From an uncultured archaeon (GTDB lineage: Archaea > Thermoproteota > Nitrososphaeria > Nitrososphaerales > Gagatemarchaeaceae), in the NCBI GenBank assembly GCA_963799775.1, contig CAWCYD010000003.1, forward strand, positions 1,728,001 to 1,792,000: a stretch of 64,000 nt of DNA, read 5' to 3'. The position numbers and the translations under genes are program-made. This document shows positions 48,906 to 58,797 of this stretch, piece by piece (position 1 is the first letter of the stretch; the number at the start of each line of letters is the position of its first letter). The notes beneath the pieces are model-generated. The model made no database searches and had not been told where the DNA came from. It was given only the letters and a program-made list of their open reading frames with translations.

Positions 48906-49706
48906 TTGGAGACAAGCGAGCTACCCGAACGAGGAGACATCGTCCTCTGCACTGTCAGGGAGATAACCTCCCACGGCATCTACGTGGACCTCGACGAGTA
49001 CAACGGCACGAACGGATTCCTCCACATCTCGGAAATCTCCACGGGATGGGTGAGGAACATCGACAGGGTCGCGAAGGTGGGTCAGAAGCTCGTCCTGAAG
49101 GTGGTGAGGGCGGAGAAGTCCAGGCGCGAGGTCGACCTCTCGCTCAGGCAGGTCACCAACGAGGAGCGGCGGAACAAGCTCATCGAGTGGAAGCAGAAGG
49201 AGAAGGCGGTGACCATCCTCTCCATGGTGAAGAAGAAGCTCGGCATGGACGACAAGCGGTTCTCGGAGACCGTGGTGAAGCTCCAGGACGGGTACGGCAC
49301 CCTCTACGAGGCCCTCGAGGACGCGTCGAAGCGAGGGGAGAAGACGTTCGCGTCGATGGAGCTGCCGGCCGAACTCGTGAACGAGCTGGTTACCGCTGCG
49401 AAGGAGAAGATCGCATCGCCAAAGTACGAGGTGGGGAGCATAGTGGAGATGAGCTCCACCGCGCCCGACGGCATCGTCCAGATCAAGAAGGCGCTCGCCG
49501 CGGGGCTCAACGCTTCCTCAGTGGCCGAGATCAAGATGACATACGTCGGAGCCCCCCGCTACAGGGTGAGGGTGACCGCCGACGACTACAAGCAAGCCGA
49601 CAAGGTGATGGGCTCGGTCCTCCAGAAGATGGAGGAGTCCATAGGCAAGCACGGCAGCTTCACGAGCAAGAGGGAGATGTCGAGGAAGTACGGCGGCGGG
49701 GCCTGA
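48906..49706 (+). CDS. eif2a: Translation initiation factor 2 alpha
   Basis: S1 domain GFLHISEISTGWVRNI; GAPRY. Confidence 0.95.
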   Translation: METSELPERGDIVLCTVREITSHGIYVDLDEYNGTNGFLHISEISTGWVRNIDRVAKVGQKLVLKVVRAEKSRREVDLSLRQVTNEERRNKLIEWKQKEKAVTILSMVKKKLGMDDKRFSETVVKLQDGYGTLYEALEDASKRGEKTFASMELPAELVNELVTAAKEKIASPKYEVGSIVEMSSTAPDGIVQIKKALAAGLNASSVAEIKMTYVGAPRYRVRVTADDYKQADKVMGSVLQKMEESIGKHGSFTSKREMSRKYGGGA

Positions 49707-49709
49707 CCG

Positions 49710-49892
49710 ATGAAGAACCTGCTGCTCAAGTGCCCAAAGTGCCACAGATACACCATGGAGGCGAAGTGCCCTCAGTGCGGAGAGGCTACTGTGATGGCTG
49801 CGCCCGCCAAGTACTCTCCCGACGACAAGTATGCGCGATTGAGGAGCCCTCTCGCGTACCAGACCCCAGAGACGGAGAAGGCCTCGAGTTAG
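49710..49892 (+). CDS. nop10: Nop10 H/ACA RNP protein
   Basis: KCPKCHRYTM..CPQCG...PAKYSPDDKY. Confidence 0.94.
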   Translation: MKNLLLKCPKCHRYTMEAKCPQCGEATVMAAPAKYSPDDKYARLRSPLAYQTPETEKASS

Positions 49893-49901
49893 CCTAGCCG
49901 T

Positions 49902-52200
49902 CTACGGCTGGTTGACCTTGTAGATCAAGACGGTCGAGAAGCAGGCCACGGACTGCCCGAGTATCGCGCCGCACGAGAGCGGCGTGTCCAGGCTTGACGA
50001 GTGGAACACGATCTGGAACGGCGAAGTATCTCCGGTGAGCTGGAACGAATAGGGGGACGCGAAGAGCTGCAGAGGCGGCGCCCCGTTGTTGGGGTCGAGT
50101 GCGTAGGTCGAGGTCACCGACGCCGTGGAGTTGGTGATGTCGTAATAGCCCGCGAAGGTGAACGGCAGCATCTGCCCGAAGACAGTGTTGGTGAGCCCGG
50201 CGGGGGTGAGGTTGAAGCCGTCAGGGTTGGGCTCTATGAAGTTCGTCTCGTTCATCCCGGCGATGCTGATGAACCACTGTTTCTTGCTCTCGTCGCCTCC
50301 GCCTGGGGTGAACCCGTTGTTGCCCGCTGGCAGTTGCAGGACGTAGTAGCTCTGCCCGCCGAAGCTCGCCTGGCTGCCTGTCAGGAACATGATGACGTAG
50401 GTCGGCTTGCCGTGGCCCATGTTGAGGGCCTCGGTCGCTCCTGTTGTCGTGTTCGAGAAGAACATCTGCCCGATTTGGGCGATCCTGGTCTCGTTCAGGG
50501 TGGCGTTGTCAGCGACCGTGGTCCTGTTCCCCATCACGTTGACCCAGTACCCATAGTCCCACCAGCCGATGAAGACGGAGTTGGTCGGCGTGTTGTCCTT
50601 TATCCAGTTCAGCGCCTGGAGCCAGTCGACAATCTGCGAGTGAGAGAAGACGGTCCCACCGTTGGCTATCGTGACACCATAGTCGGCGGGGCTCTGGTCA
50701 CAGAGAGGGCTGCTCCCCGTGCACTGGACGGGGTTGGGTATCCAGAAGATGCTCGCTGGGAACGCGAGGAGGGCTATCAGAGCGATAGAGTAGACCGCCC
50801 TCATCTCGCTCTGCGTCGAGTAGGTCGGTTTCTTCCTCACGAGCGAAGGCCCGGCCGGCTTTAGGAGCGCGAAGAGGCAACTCGGCGAAGCCTATGCCTC
50901 CGAGGATCGCGAGGGCGATTGAGGAGTAGACGAGGAGACGCGCGAACGCGGCCGAGATGTAGAGGCTAGAGAGCCCTATGACCAGCGCGAAGCCGATCGC
51001 AGGGCTCTTGCGCTTGAAGGCGACGTAGGCCCCGAAGACGCCGAGGAACAGGAGCACCAGATACGACGAGAAGTAGTCGGATCCCAGCGGGAAGACCTGC
51101 TCTGCGACCGACTGGACGAGCGGGTCGCCGCTCCTCGCCCACGGGAGGATGGTCGAGAGGTATCTCCTGCTGACGGAGGAGAGCAGTCCGAAGCTCAGGA
51201 CCGTGAACGCGATGAGCCCAAAGCCGAGCATGACCTTCACCATGGTCCACCTGTACTCGGCGGGCTTCACCCAGGTCCGCATCCACTGGCCGACGACGAG
51301 GAAGATCGAGCCGCCTATGAGAGCGAAGCCGACGGGGTTCGTGACTATGGCCACCCCGGGCCTGGGGAATATCGCGCTCCCGAAGATGTCACCCGCCGCG
51401 AAGAGCAGGGCGACCATGGACATGTTGGGGACGTCGAAGTTCAGGAACGGCATTATCACGAAGAAGAACGCGAACGCGATGGTGAAGTACTCCCCTCCTC
51501 CCCATGCGGTGTTCGCGTAGCCTGCCAGAAGGCCTGCGACCACGGCGCGGAAAATTCGCTGCCTGTTGCTCATCGGGCTGTCGAGGAGGGTCAGGAAGAG
51601 GTACGCGGAGATGGCGAAGAGGAAGATGCAGAGGGGCTCCGACTTGAACCAGCCCAGGTTGCCTCTCTCTATGAGCGGCGGCGAGACCGCTATCATGAGC
51701 GCGGCGAAGAGTCCGCCGGCCTCGCCTGCGATGCGCTTCACCAAGAAGTAGAAGACGACGGAGGTGAGGGCGCCGACGAACACGGGGAAGAGGACGAGGT
51801 AATCGTAGAGGCTGTATTGCAGCCCGAAGACGTTCCTGAAGAAGAGGTACGAGAGCGCCCCCGCGAACTGCAGGCCGTCCTGCGAGGTCGCTGCCACCGC
51901 CCTGCCCTCGGGGAACCAGGTCGTGTAGTCGACCCAAGAGAAGTACTTCAGCAGCCCAGGGAATCCGCCCTGGCCCGCCTTCCAACTCGCGTCGAAGGAG
52001 GCGACGATGAAGTTGGCCGCCTTGTAGTCGTAATAGGGGTCGAACTCGTTGAGGTAGAAACCGTACTTGGCCGGGAAGATCCTCATCAGGATAGCGATCA
52101 CGAAGATTGCGACGAGTAGCATCCCTCCCATCATGCTCCGCCTGGTCAAGGTCGGGCGGTGCAGGGAGCCGCGTAGCAGGTTGGAAAATGTGCTACTCAA
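49902..52200 (-). CDS. aglB: Oligosaccharyltransferase AglB/STT3 (frameshift near 50860)
   Basis: EFDPYY, WFPEGR, SVAEQ, WWDYG, ADNAT, DESK. Confidence 0.93.
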
Positions 52201-52277
52201 ACTTGAGTTAGCGCGCCTTCGTGCGTTTTAAGAGCTTTTCGTTATCTGATTCGAGGGTGAAAGGCCCCTATCGCGGT

Positions 52278-52694
52278 CTACCCGTGCTCGGACTCTAGGG
52301 ACTTTAGCAGGTCTTCGTATTGCTTTGGCGAGAGGAGCGACTTGTTCTCCTCCTCGAACCTCGAGGGCTTCAGCTCGATGATCCATCCCTCCTCGTAGGG
52401 CGACTTGTTTATCAGCTCTGGATGGGTCGCGAGTTCGTTGTTCGTGGAGGTCACCACGCCCGAGAGCGGCGCGTAGAGCTCAGAGACCGCCTTGATGGAC
52501 TCGACGGTCCCGAAAGAGCTCAGCTGCGTCACGCTCTTTCCCACCGAGGGGAGGGTCAGGTAGACGATGTCGTTCAGGGTCTTGGCGGCGTAATCAGTTA
52601 TGCCCACGCGGGCCGTGTCGCCGGTGACCTTGGCCCATTCGTGTTCCTTCGTGTAGTAGAGGCCGTCCGCGACCTTGTAAGCAGAAGTGCTCAA
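52278..52694 (-). CDS. gcvH: Glycine cleavage system H protein
   Basis: YTKEHEW, GITDYA, VESIKAVSELYAP. Confidence 0.95.
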   Translation of the reverse strand: MSTSAYKVADGLYYTKEHEWAKVTGDTARVGITDYAAKTLNDIVYLTLPSVGKSVTQLSSFGTVESIKAVSELYAPLSGVVTSTNNELATHPELINKSPYEEGWIIELKPSRFEEENKSLLSPKQYEDLLKSLESEHG

Positions 52695-52725
52695 ACACTC
52701 GGGGTCTTGCTTGTATCGCTTTTTA

Positions 52726-53850
52726 CTATTGCTGCGGCTTGCGCTTCCATCCGTATAGCGTCTCGTCGTAGACGGGGAACTTCACGATCTTGCCGTCGCT
52801 GGGAGCGTCCCTCACGACGACCTTGACGGCCTGGCCGAACTCGGAGGAGGGCTTCGCGACGTACGCCATCGCGATTCCTTTCTTCAAGACGGGGGAGAAG
52901 GTCGCCGCTGGTGACCACGCCTATCTCGTCGCCGGTCTGGTCGGTGACCTTGAAGTCTCTACGGGGGATCCGTTCCTCCATGACTACTCCTCGCCTGACC
53001 TTGTCAGGCCCTTGCTTGGCCAACGAGGCGAGCTTCTCCCATCCGACGTAGCCCTGCTTGTCCTTGGAGACGACCCAGCCCAGGTCCGCCTCGAGTGGGT
53101 TGGTGCCCTCGTCCATGTCGGACCCGTAGAGCGGCAGGCCAGCCTCCAGCCTGAGAGAGTCCCTCGCACCCAAGGCGCATGGTCTTGCCCCGTTGGCTAT
53201 CAGGGCTTCCCAGACTCCCATGGCCCCTTGGGCCGCGTCGTGGACGATTATCTCGAAGCCGTCTTCTCCCGTGTAACCCGTGCGCGTGATGACAGAGTCG
53301 ATGCCTTTCACGGTGGAGAAGGTGTGAGTGAACCTCTTCATCTCGGCAAGTGGGAGTGGGATCAGGGGCTGGAGCGTCTTGGCGGCTTCTGGGCCTTGGA
53401 TCGCGATCATCACTGTCTGGTCTGTGATGTCGTCCATCTGAAAGTCCATGCCGGCGCCGACGCTCCGCATGTGCCTGAGGTCTTCTCCTTGGTCGCGGCG
53501 TTCACCACGAAGAGATACTTCCCTTCCTCCACCTTGAGGACTATGAGGTCGTCGATTATCCCCGCGTCCTCGTTCAAGAGGAGGGTGTAGACCGATTTGC
53601 CGTTCGGCTGCTTCGCGATGCCTGTCGGGAGCAGGTGCTCCACGAACCTGGCCGCGTCGGGGCCTGCGACGTCGACCCGGCCCATGTGCGAGACGTCGAA
53701 GATGCCCGAGTGGTTCCTGACGGCCATGTGCTCCTCCATCGTGCTCGTGTACCAGATTGGCATGTCGTAGCCCGCGAACTCAACCATCTTGCCGTGCGAG
53801 CGGTGGAACTCATACAGCGGGGTCTGCTTTGTCGTCTTGGTGGTTGTCAT
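52726..53850 (-). CDS. gcvT: Glycine cleavage system aminomethyltransferase T (two frameshifts)
   Basis: TPLYEFH, FDVSHMG, RTGYTGEDGFE, GARDSLRLEAG. Confidence 0.94.
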
Positions 53851-53884
53851 GCCGCGTTTCGTATAATAGGAGGCCCTCCCTCGG

Positions 53885-54667
53885 TTGTTTAAGAGTAATT
53901 TGATTCGCTCCGTTTCTTTCACGCCGATAAGGACGCCGAGGAAGAGCGCCCCGTTCAATCTCGGGGACCTGGTCGACAAGACGGTGGGGCCCGAGCTGAG
54001 GGACGGCGACATCCTCGTGGTCTCGAGCAAGTTCATCGCCATCTCAGAGGGTCGGGTGGTAGACCTGGAGACCGTGGTGCCGAGCGACCAAGCAATCTCA
54101 GAGTCCAAGAGGCTGGATATGGCCCCCGAGCTGTGCGAGCTCATAATCAGGGAGTCCGATGATGTGATCGGGGGCGTGAGCGGGTTCATGCTATCCCTGA
54201 AGGAGGGGCTGCTGACCCCGAACGCGGGGATCGACAAGTCGAACGTCGAGCATGGCAGCGTGGTCCTGTATCCTCGCCGTCCGTTGGAGTCTGCGGTCGC
54301 TTTGGTCGAGGGGGTGAAGTTCAGGCGGGGGGTCGACGTGGGCGTGGTCGTCTCGGACAGCAGGCTCATGCCCACCAGGAAGGGGACCGTTGGGGTGGCT
54401 CTTGCCGCCGCGGGCATGGAGGCCATCGTCGACCTTCGCGGGAAGCCTGACCTGTTTGGGAACGTCTTGAAGGTGACCAGCCAGGCGATCGCGGACGACC
54501 TGTGCTCTGGCGCCCAGGTGATGATGGGCGAGGCCAACGAATCGACCCCCATCGTCTTGGTGCGAGGGCTGAGGGCTGACCCCGGGAGGAGGTATGGGAT
54601 GTCGAGCTTCGGCGTGGACCCTGAGCAGTGCGTCTACATGCGCAGCCTTGGATACCGCGCTAGGTGA
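53885..54667 (+). CDS. cofE: Coenzyme F420-0:L-glutamate ligase (CofE-like)
   Basis: DILVVSSK...EGR, PNAGIDKSN, GVVVSDS, DLRGKPDLFG, MGEANESTP. Confidence 0.88.
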   Translation: MFKSNLIRSVSFTPIRTPRKSAPFNLGDLVDKTVGPELRDGDILVVSSKFIAISEGRVVDLETVVPSDQAISESKRLDMAPELCELIIRESDDVIGGVSGFMLSLKEGLLTPNAGIDKSNVEHGSVVLYPRRPLESAVALVEGVKFRRGVDVGVVVSDSRLMPTRKGTVGVALAAAGMEAIVDLRGKPDLFGNVLKVTSQAIADDLCSGAQVMMGEANESTPIVLVRGLRADPGRRYGMSSFGVDPEQCVYMRSLGYRAR

Positions 54668-54854
54668 ATCTTCCTTCGAGCTTCATGACGTCGACCTTGA
54701 AATTCTCAGGGCTCAGCTTGGCCCCGCATTTCTTGCATCTGAACCCTGACGGCTTCAAAATGTCGTTTGGTGACCTGAGATCGAATCCAGAGTAGATCGG
54801 ATAGCCGCACTTGGAGCAGACGAGTTCATAGGTCACGGGCAAAAGTCGAGCCAT
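54660..54854 (-). CDS. Small zinc-ribbon protein
   Basis: CSKCG...CKKCGAKL. Confidence 0.65.
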   Translation of the reverse strand: MARLLPVTYELVCSKCGYPIYSGFDLRSPNDILKPSGFRCKKCGAKLSPENFKVDVMKLEGRFT

Positions 54855-54873
54855 TGCTCTTAAAAGGATTCCA

Positions 54874-57006
54874 ATGCGCGATGTTTCGAGTAAGATAGAG
54901 AGCATGGGCTACACTCTGGTCGTCTGCGAGAAGCCGGATGCAGCGAGGAGGGTCTCGGAAGCGCTCTCGTCGAGGCCCCCGCGCGTCTCGAAGGTGGGCG
55001 ACGTCTCCGTCTTTCATGCGGCGGGCGCGGGCGGCAGAGAGTATGTGGTGTGCGCCGCTGCGGGACACCTCTACGGGATATCGGACGTCGTGAAGGACAG
55101 GCGGGTATACCCTGTGGCAGACGTGGAGTGGTTCCCGCTCTCTGCAGTCAGGAAGAAGGGCGTGGGGTTCGTCTCGGGTCGGATACGTGCGTTCAGCGTC
55201 CTCGCCAAGGGAGCGGACGCGTTCGTGAACGCGTGCGACCTTGACATCGAGGGCGAGACGATAGGTTACAACATACTGAGGTACGCGTGCGGCGGGAAAG
55301 AGGTCTCGGCCAAGCGGGCCAGGTTCTCCTCGCTCACCAACGAGGAGGTCGCGTCGGCGTTCAGCGACGAGAGGCTCGGATCTTCGGATGGCTCGGCCGT
55401 CGCGGGGAGATTGAGGCACGAGATCGATTTCCTTTGGGGGGTCAACCTCTCGAGGGCGCTCTCGGAGAGTTTCAGGTCCACGGGGAGCTTTCGGACGATC
55501 AGCATGGGTCGGGTGCAAGGCCCGACGCTGAACTTCGCCGTCGAGAGGGAGGTCGAGATCAAGACGTTCGTCCCCATCCCGTACTGGACGGTGGCAGGGA
55601 CGTTCGCGAAGGGGGGCGTCGTCTTTGAAGCGAAGTACTCCTCGAGCGCGACGCTGGCGACGAAGAGCTCCGCCGAAGACGTCAAGGCCGCATGTGAGGG
55701 GAGAGAGGGGGTCGTCTCCAGCGCCTCCCGAAGGAGATTCAGCCAGAGACCTCCGCCTCCCTTCAATCTGGCCGACCTTCAGAAGGAAGCTTTCAGGGTC
55801 ATAGGTTACACACCCAGCAGGACGCTCCAGGTGGCGCAGAAGCTGTATCTCGCGGCAGTGATCTCCTATCCTCGGACCGCTAGCCAGAGGCTCCCCAAAT
55901 CCGACCACAAGAGTATCCTCTCCAAGATTGGGGCCGTACCTGGATACTCGGAGGCAGTGAACGAGATCCTTTCGAGGGGTGTTCTTCACCCTGTACAAGG
56001 GCAGGGGGCGGATCCTGCTCATCCAGCGATCTATCCCACGGGCGAGACTGCGAAGAGGTCTCTGGGGACCGAAGAGGCCAAGGTCTACGACCTCGTCGTG
56101 AGGCGGTTCCTTTCGTGCTTCGGCGAGGACGCGGTCCGCGAGGTCACGGTAATCAAAATCTCCGTGGGGACGCATGAGTTCGAGGTGGAGGAGACCGCTG
56201 TCTTGTCACCGGGATGGCTGAAGCTGATTGGAACACAGCGACATGGATCGGACAGGGCAGTAGGCTTGCCTGAGCTCAAAGAGGGGGAGAAGGTCGAGTG
56301 CAAGTCGGTCTTGGTCGACGAGCACCTGCGGGCTCCTCCGTCCAGGTTCAACCAGATGACGTTGCTCGAGAAGATGGAGGGCGAGGGGATAGGCACGAAG
56401 GCGACTCGAGCCGATATCATATCCACCCTCTTAGAGAGGGGTTACGTCGTGGGGCAGACGCTCGCCCCCACGGACCTGGGTTTCGCGGTCATCGAGTCCA
56501 TGCGTGTGACCTGCCCTCAAATCATCTCCACGCGTCTGACCCGGGAGATAGAGGCCCAGCTCGAGAGCATGGAGCTCACCGGGATGCCCCGCTCGGAGTT
56601 CTTCGAGCAGACGCTCTCGACCTTGGTGGCGCAGCTCGGGGAGATCAGGGTGAGGGAGGGCGAGATAGCGAGCAGAATGCGAGGTTCGCTGGCAGGAGGA
56701 AGCCCAGGCAGGGTCGTCTTGGGGAGGTGCCCGGTCTGCAAGGAGGGGGAGCTATGGGTGGTCCGCTCCCGCACTTCGGGCAAGAGGTTCGTGGGTTGCA
56801 CGAACTACTCGAAGGGCTGCAAGGCCTCTGCGCCCCTCCCACAGCGTGGAGCCATCAAGGTCGCAGCCAAGCCGTGTGGTAGATGTGGTTGGCCAGTCGT
56901 CTACGTCAGGTATGGTCGGCGTCCGTGGAAGCTGTGCGTGAATGACAGGTGCCCCGGCAAGGTGAACGTCTACGCGATGCGCGGCCAAGCGAAGAGAGCG
57001 GCATGA
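54874..57006 (+). CDS. topA: Type IA DNA topoisomerase
   Basis: CEKP TOPRIM, D.DIEGE, GRVQGPTL, ISYPRT catalytic Tyr, GIGTKATR, C-terminal zinc ribbons. Confidence 0.95.
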   Translation: MRDVSSKIESMGYTLVVCEKPDAARRVSEALSSRPPRVSKVGDVSVFHAAGAGGREYVVCAAAGHLYGISDVVKDRRVYPVADVEWFPLSAVRKKGVGFVSGRIRAFSVLAKGADAFVNACDLDIEGETIGYNILRYACGGKEVSAKRARFSSLTNEEVASAFSDERLGSSDGSAVAGRLRHEIDFLWGVNLSRALSESFRSTGSFRTISMGRVQGPTLNFAVEREVEIKTFVPIPYWTVAGTFAKGGVVFEAKYSSSATLATKSSAEDVKAACEGREGVVSSASRRRFSQRPPPPFNLADLQKEAFRVIGYTPSRTLQVAQKLYLAAVISYPRTASQRLPKSDHKSILSKIGAVPGYSEAVNEILSRGVLHPVQGQGADPAHPAIYPTGETAKRSLGTEEAKVYDLVVRRFLSCFGEDAVREVTVIKISVGTHEFEVEETAVLSPGWLKLIGTQRHGSDRAVGLPELKEGEKVECKSVLVDEHLRAPPSRFNQMTLLEKMEGEGIGTKATRADIISTLLERGYVVGQTLAPTDLGFAVIESMRVTCPQIISTRLTREIEAQLESMELTGMPRSEFFEQTLSTLVAQLGEIRVREGEIASRMRGSLAGGSPGRVVLGRCPVCKEGELWVVRSRTSGKRFVGCTNYSKGCKASAPLPQRGAIKVAAKPCGRCGWPVVYVRYGRRPWKLCVNDRCPGKVNVYAMRGQAKRAA

Positions 57007-57133
57007 CGGCAGGCCCTTCGGAGCATGCTCCCCTTAGAGAAGTCCGAGCGGAAGCTTGAAAAGGAGATAAGGGTGGCGAAAAAGCTGGCCGGCGGGAAAT
57101 AGAGGTATTCGAGATGACCGAGAGAGGCGAGCT

Positions 57134-57535
57134 TTGGGTTTGATAAGGCAGTGGTTCGACTCGAACGTGTCGGGGATTAGGGAGCGCTTCGTGAAGGTCA
57201 CCGAACGGAGCCGCATTTCGGCGACGGTCAGGAACAACTGGATTGAGTTCTTGTACATGGGAGGCATCATCATCATGTCTGCGGGCATAGTCAGCGCGCT
57301 GGCGAGCCCGACGCCCCAGCAATATGTCATCTATCCTGGCAGGTCGGGCCAGTCGATTGCGGAGACCGTGATCTACGCGATGGCCATGGCGATGGGGTTC
57401 GGAGGCCTCTACTTCTCGTATCTCAGCGGTAGGCAGACGGTCAAGCCGAGGCTTGTCGGCTTCTTCCTCGCCCTCGGCTTGATCCTGATTGGCGTAGCGA
57501 TCTACATCGAGATGTACGTCTACTTCGCAAAGTAG
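57134..57535 (+). CDS. Three-TM protein resembling OST3/OST6/DC2 oligosaccharyltransferase accessory subunits
   Basis: SAGIV...YPGRSGQSIAETVIY...GFGGLY...GLILI...K pattern. Confidence 0.5.
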   Translation: MGLIRQWFDSNVSGIRERFVKVTERSRISATVRNNWIEFLYMGGIIIMSAGIVSALASPTPQQYVIYPGRSGQSIAETVIYAMAMAMGFGGLYFSYLSGRQTVKPRLVGFFLALGLILIGVAIYIEMYVYFAK

Positions 57536-57553
57536 AGTGCCGAGTGGACCGCA

Positions 57554-58129
57554 CTAGGCCCGTAGGACGAACCGCTCCTCTGCCCAGGCCCCTTTGAGGA
57601 TGACGGAGTCGGCATCGACCTTCGTGTCAACTAGCAGGTCGCCGAGCAAAGCCAAAGACCGTGCGCCTTGGACGCCCTGCTTCTTTTCAAAGTCTGCCCT
57701 GTAGGCGGTCGTCAGCGCCCAGGTGTTGTTCAGCCTGGCGTTCAAAGAGATGAGCTTCATCAGGATTGTGAGCTCTTGAGATTTGCGCGAATCCGATGCC
57801 AGTGAGTATAGGGAGTTCAGGTCGTCGATGATTAGGAGCTCGCTCTTCGAGGAGAGCAAGGTCAGAAGGGAGCTGACATGGAAGTCTCCCTCGGGGAGGA
57901 GGAGCAGCTCGCCCTTTGGTCCATCCTTGTCTACGAGCCTGTCCATGTTCGAGCAGTAGAAGGCGTCCGTGTCGAGGACCGTTGTCTTGATTGACCGGAG
58001 GCTCGTGCATCCGAGGATGAACCGACTCATGGGTAATTTCGCCTGGGCCTCGTGCATGAGGAGGACCGTGAGGCCTCCCTTCAGGGGTGCCAGGAACTTG
58101 GATGCCTGCTCATCTGTGGGAACGCTCAT
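57554..58129 (-). CDS. Degenerate RecA/RadB-like protein
   Basis: GGLTVLL, VLDTD, LLIIDDLNSLY; no intact Walker A. Confidence 0.55.
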   Translation of the reverse strand: MSVPTDEQASKFLAPLKGGLTVLLMHEAQAKLPMSRFILGCTSLRSIKTTVLDTDAFYCSNMDRLVDKDGPKGELLLLPEGDFHVSSLLTLLSSKSELLIIDDLNSLYSLASDSRKSQELTILMKLISLNARLNNTWALTTAYRADFEKKQGVQGARSLALLGDLLVDTKVDADSVILKGAWAEERFVLRA

Positions 58130-58149
58130 AAGTTCGCCGCGACCTTTTC

Positions 58150-58797
58150 GTGCCAGGAACCGTCATGAAGACTATTAAGGTCGTGACAGATGATGGGAAC
58201 GCCTACTACGACATCGTCTCCAGGCTCAAGAAGACGCATCTAAGGTTCTCAAGTGTCTCAGGGCAGACGGTTAATCTCGCCCATGACCTTGTCATCACCA
58301 GTAAGATGGAGTCCTCGGCGTTCGAGGGGGGCGCCGTAGCGATAGAGGATTTGGACAAGGACCCGGTGGTGATGGAGGGGCAGCTGCTCTCCCTGCTCGT
58401 CGACGAGCCGAGAAGGGAGCTTCTGGTTGGTGTCGACCCTGGGTCAAGGATTGGCGTGGCGGTATTCTACGGTGGGAGCCAGGTTGGCTCGTTGACGATG
58501 AACTCGGTCGAGGAGTCGGTCGACTTTGTGGCAAACGTGGTGCGGAAGGTACCTCACATCTCGGCCACGGTCAAGGTCGGGGGTGGGGAGCCGAAGGCCT
58601 CGCTTCGGTTTGCTAGCGCGCTGAGGGTCCGACTGCCGCGGTCCGCGTCAATCGAGATTGTCGACGAGTCTGGTACGTCCGCCAGGAAGCGGGGCGTGGT
58701 CGGCGCGACCAAGGACCAGATGGCGGCGGCGAGGATCGCCTTCCGCAAGGGACCCAATTTCAACGACGTCCGGCCGCTGAAAAAAAGTCCCGTGTGA
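58150..58797 (+). CDS. Conserved archaeal protein with an RNase H-like (YqgF-like) fold
   Basis: LVGVDPGSRIGVAV...IVDESGTS...DQMAAARIAFRKG. Confidence 0.65.
   Translation: MPGTVMKTIKVVTDDGNAYYDIVSRLKKTHLRFSSVSGQTVNLAHDLVITSKMESSAFEGGAVAIEDLDKDPVVMEGQLLSLLVDEPRRELLVGVDPGSRIGVAVFYGGSQVGSLTMNSVEESVDFVANVVRKVPHISATVKVGGGEPKASLRFASALRVRLPRSASIEIVDESGTSARKRGVVGATKDQMAAARIAFRKGPNFNDVRPLKKSPV

Noticed and set aside
54826-56175. Long antisense ORFs (e.g. 54826..56175, 53410..54552, 24255..25064, 20564..21226)
   Set aside because: Shadow ORFs opposite well-supported GC-rich genes, with no recognisable motifs.
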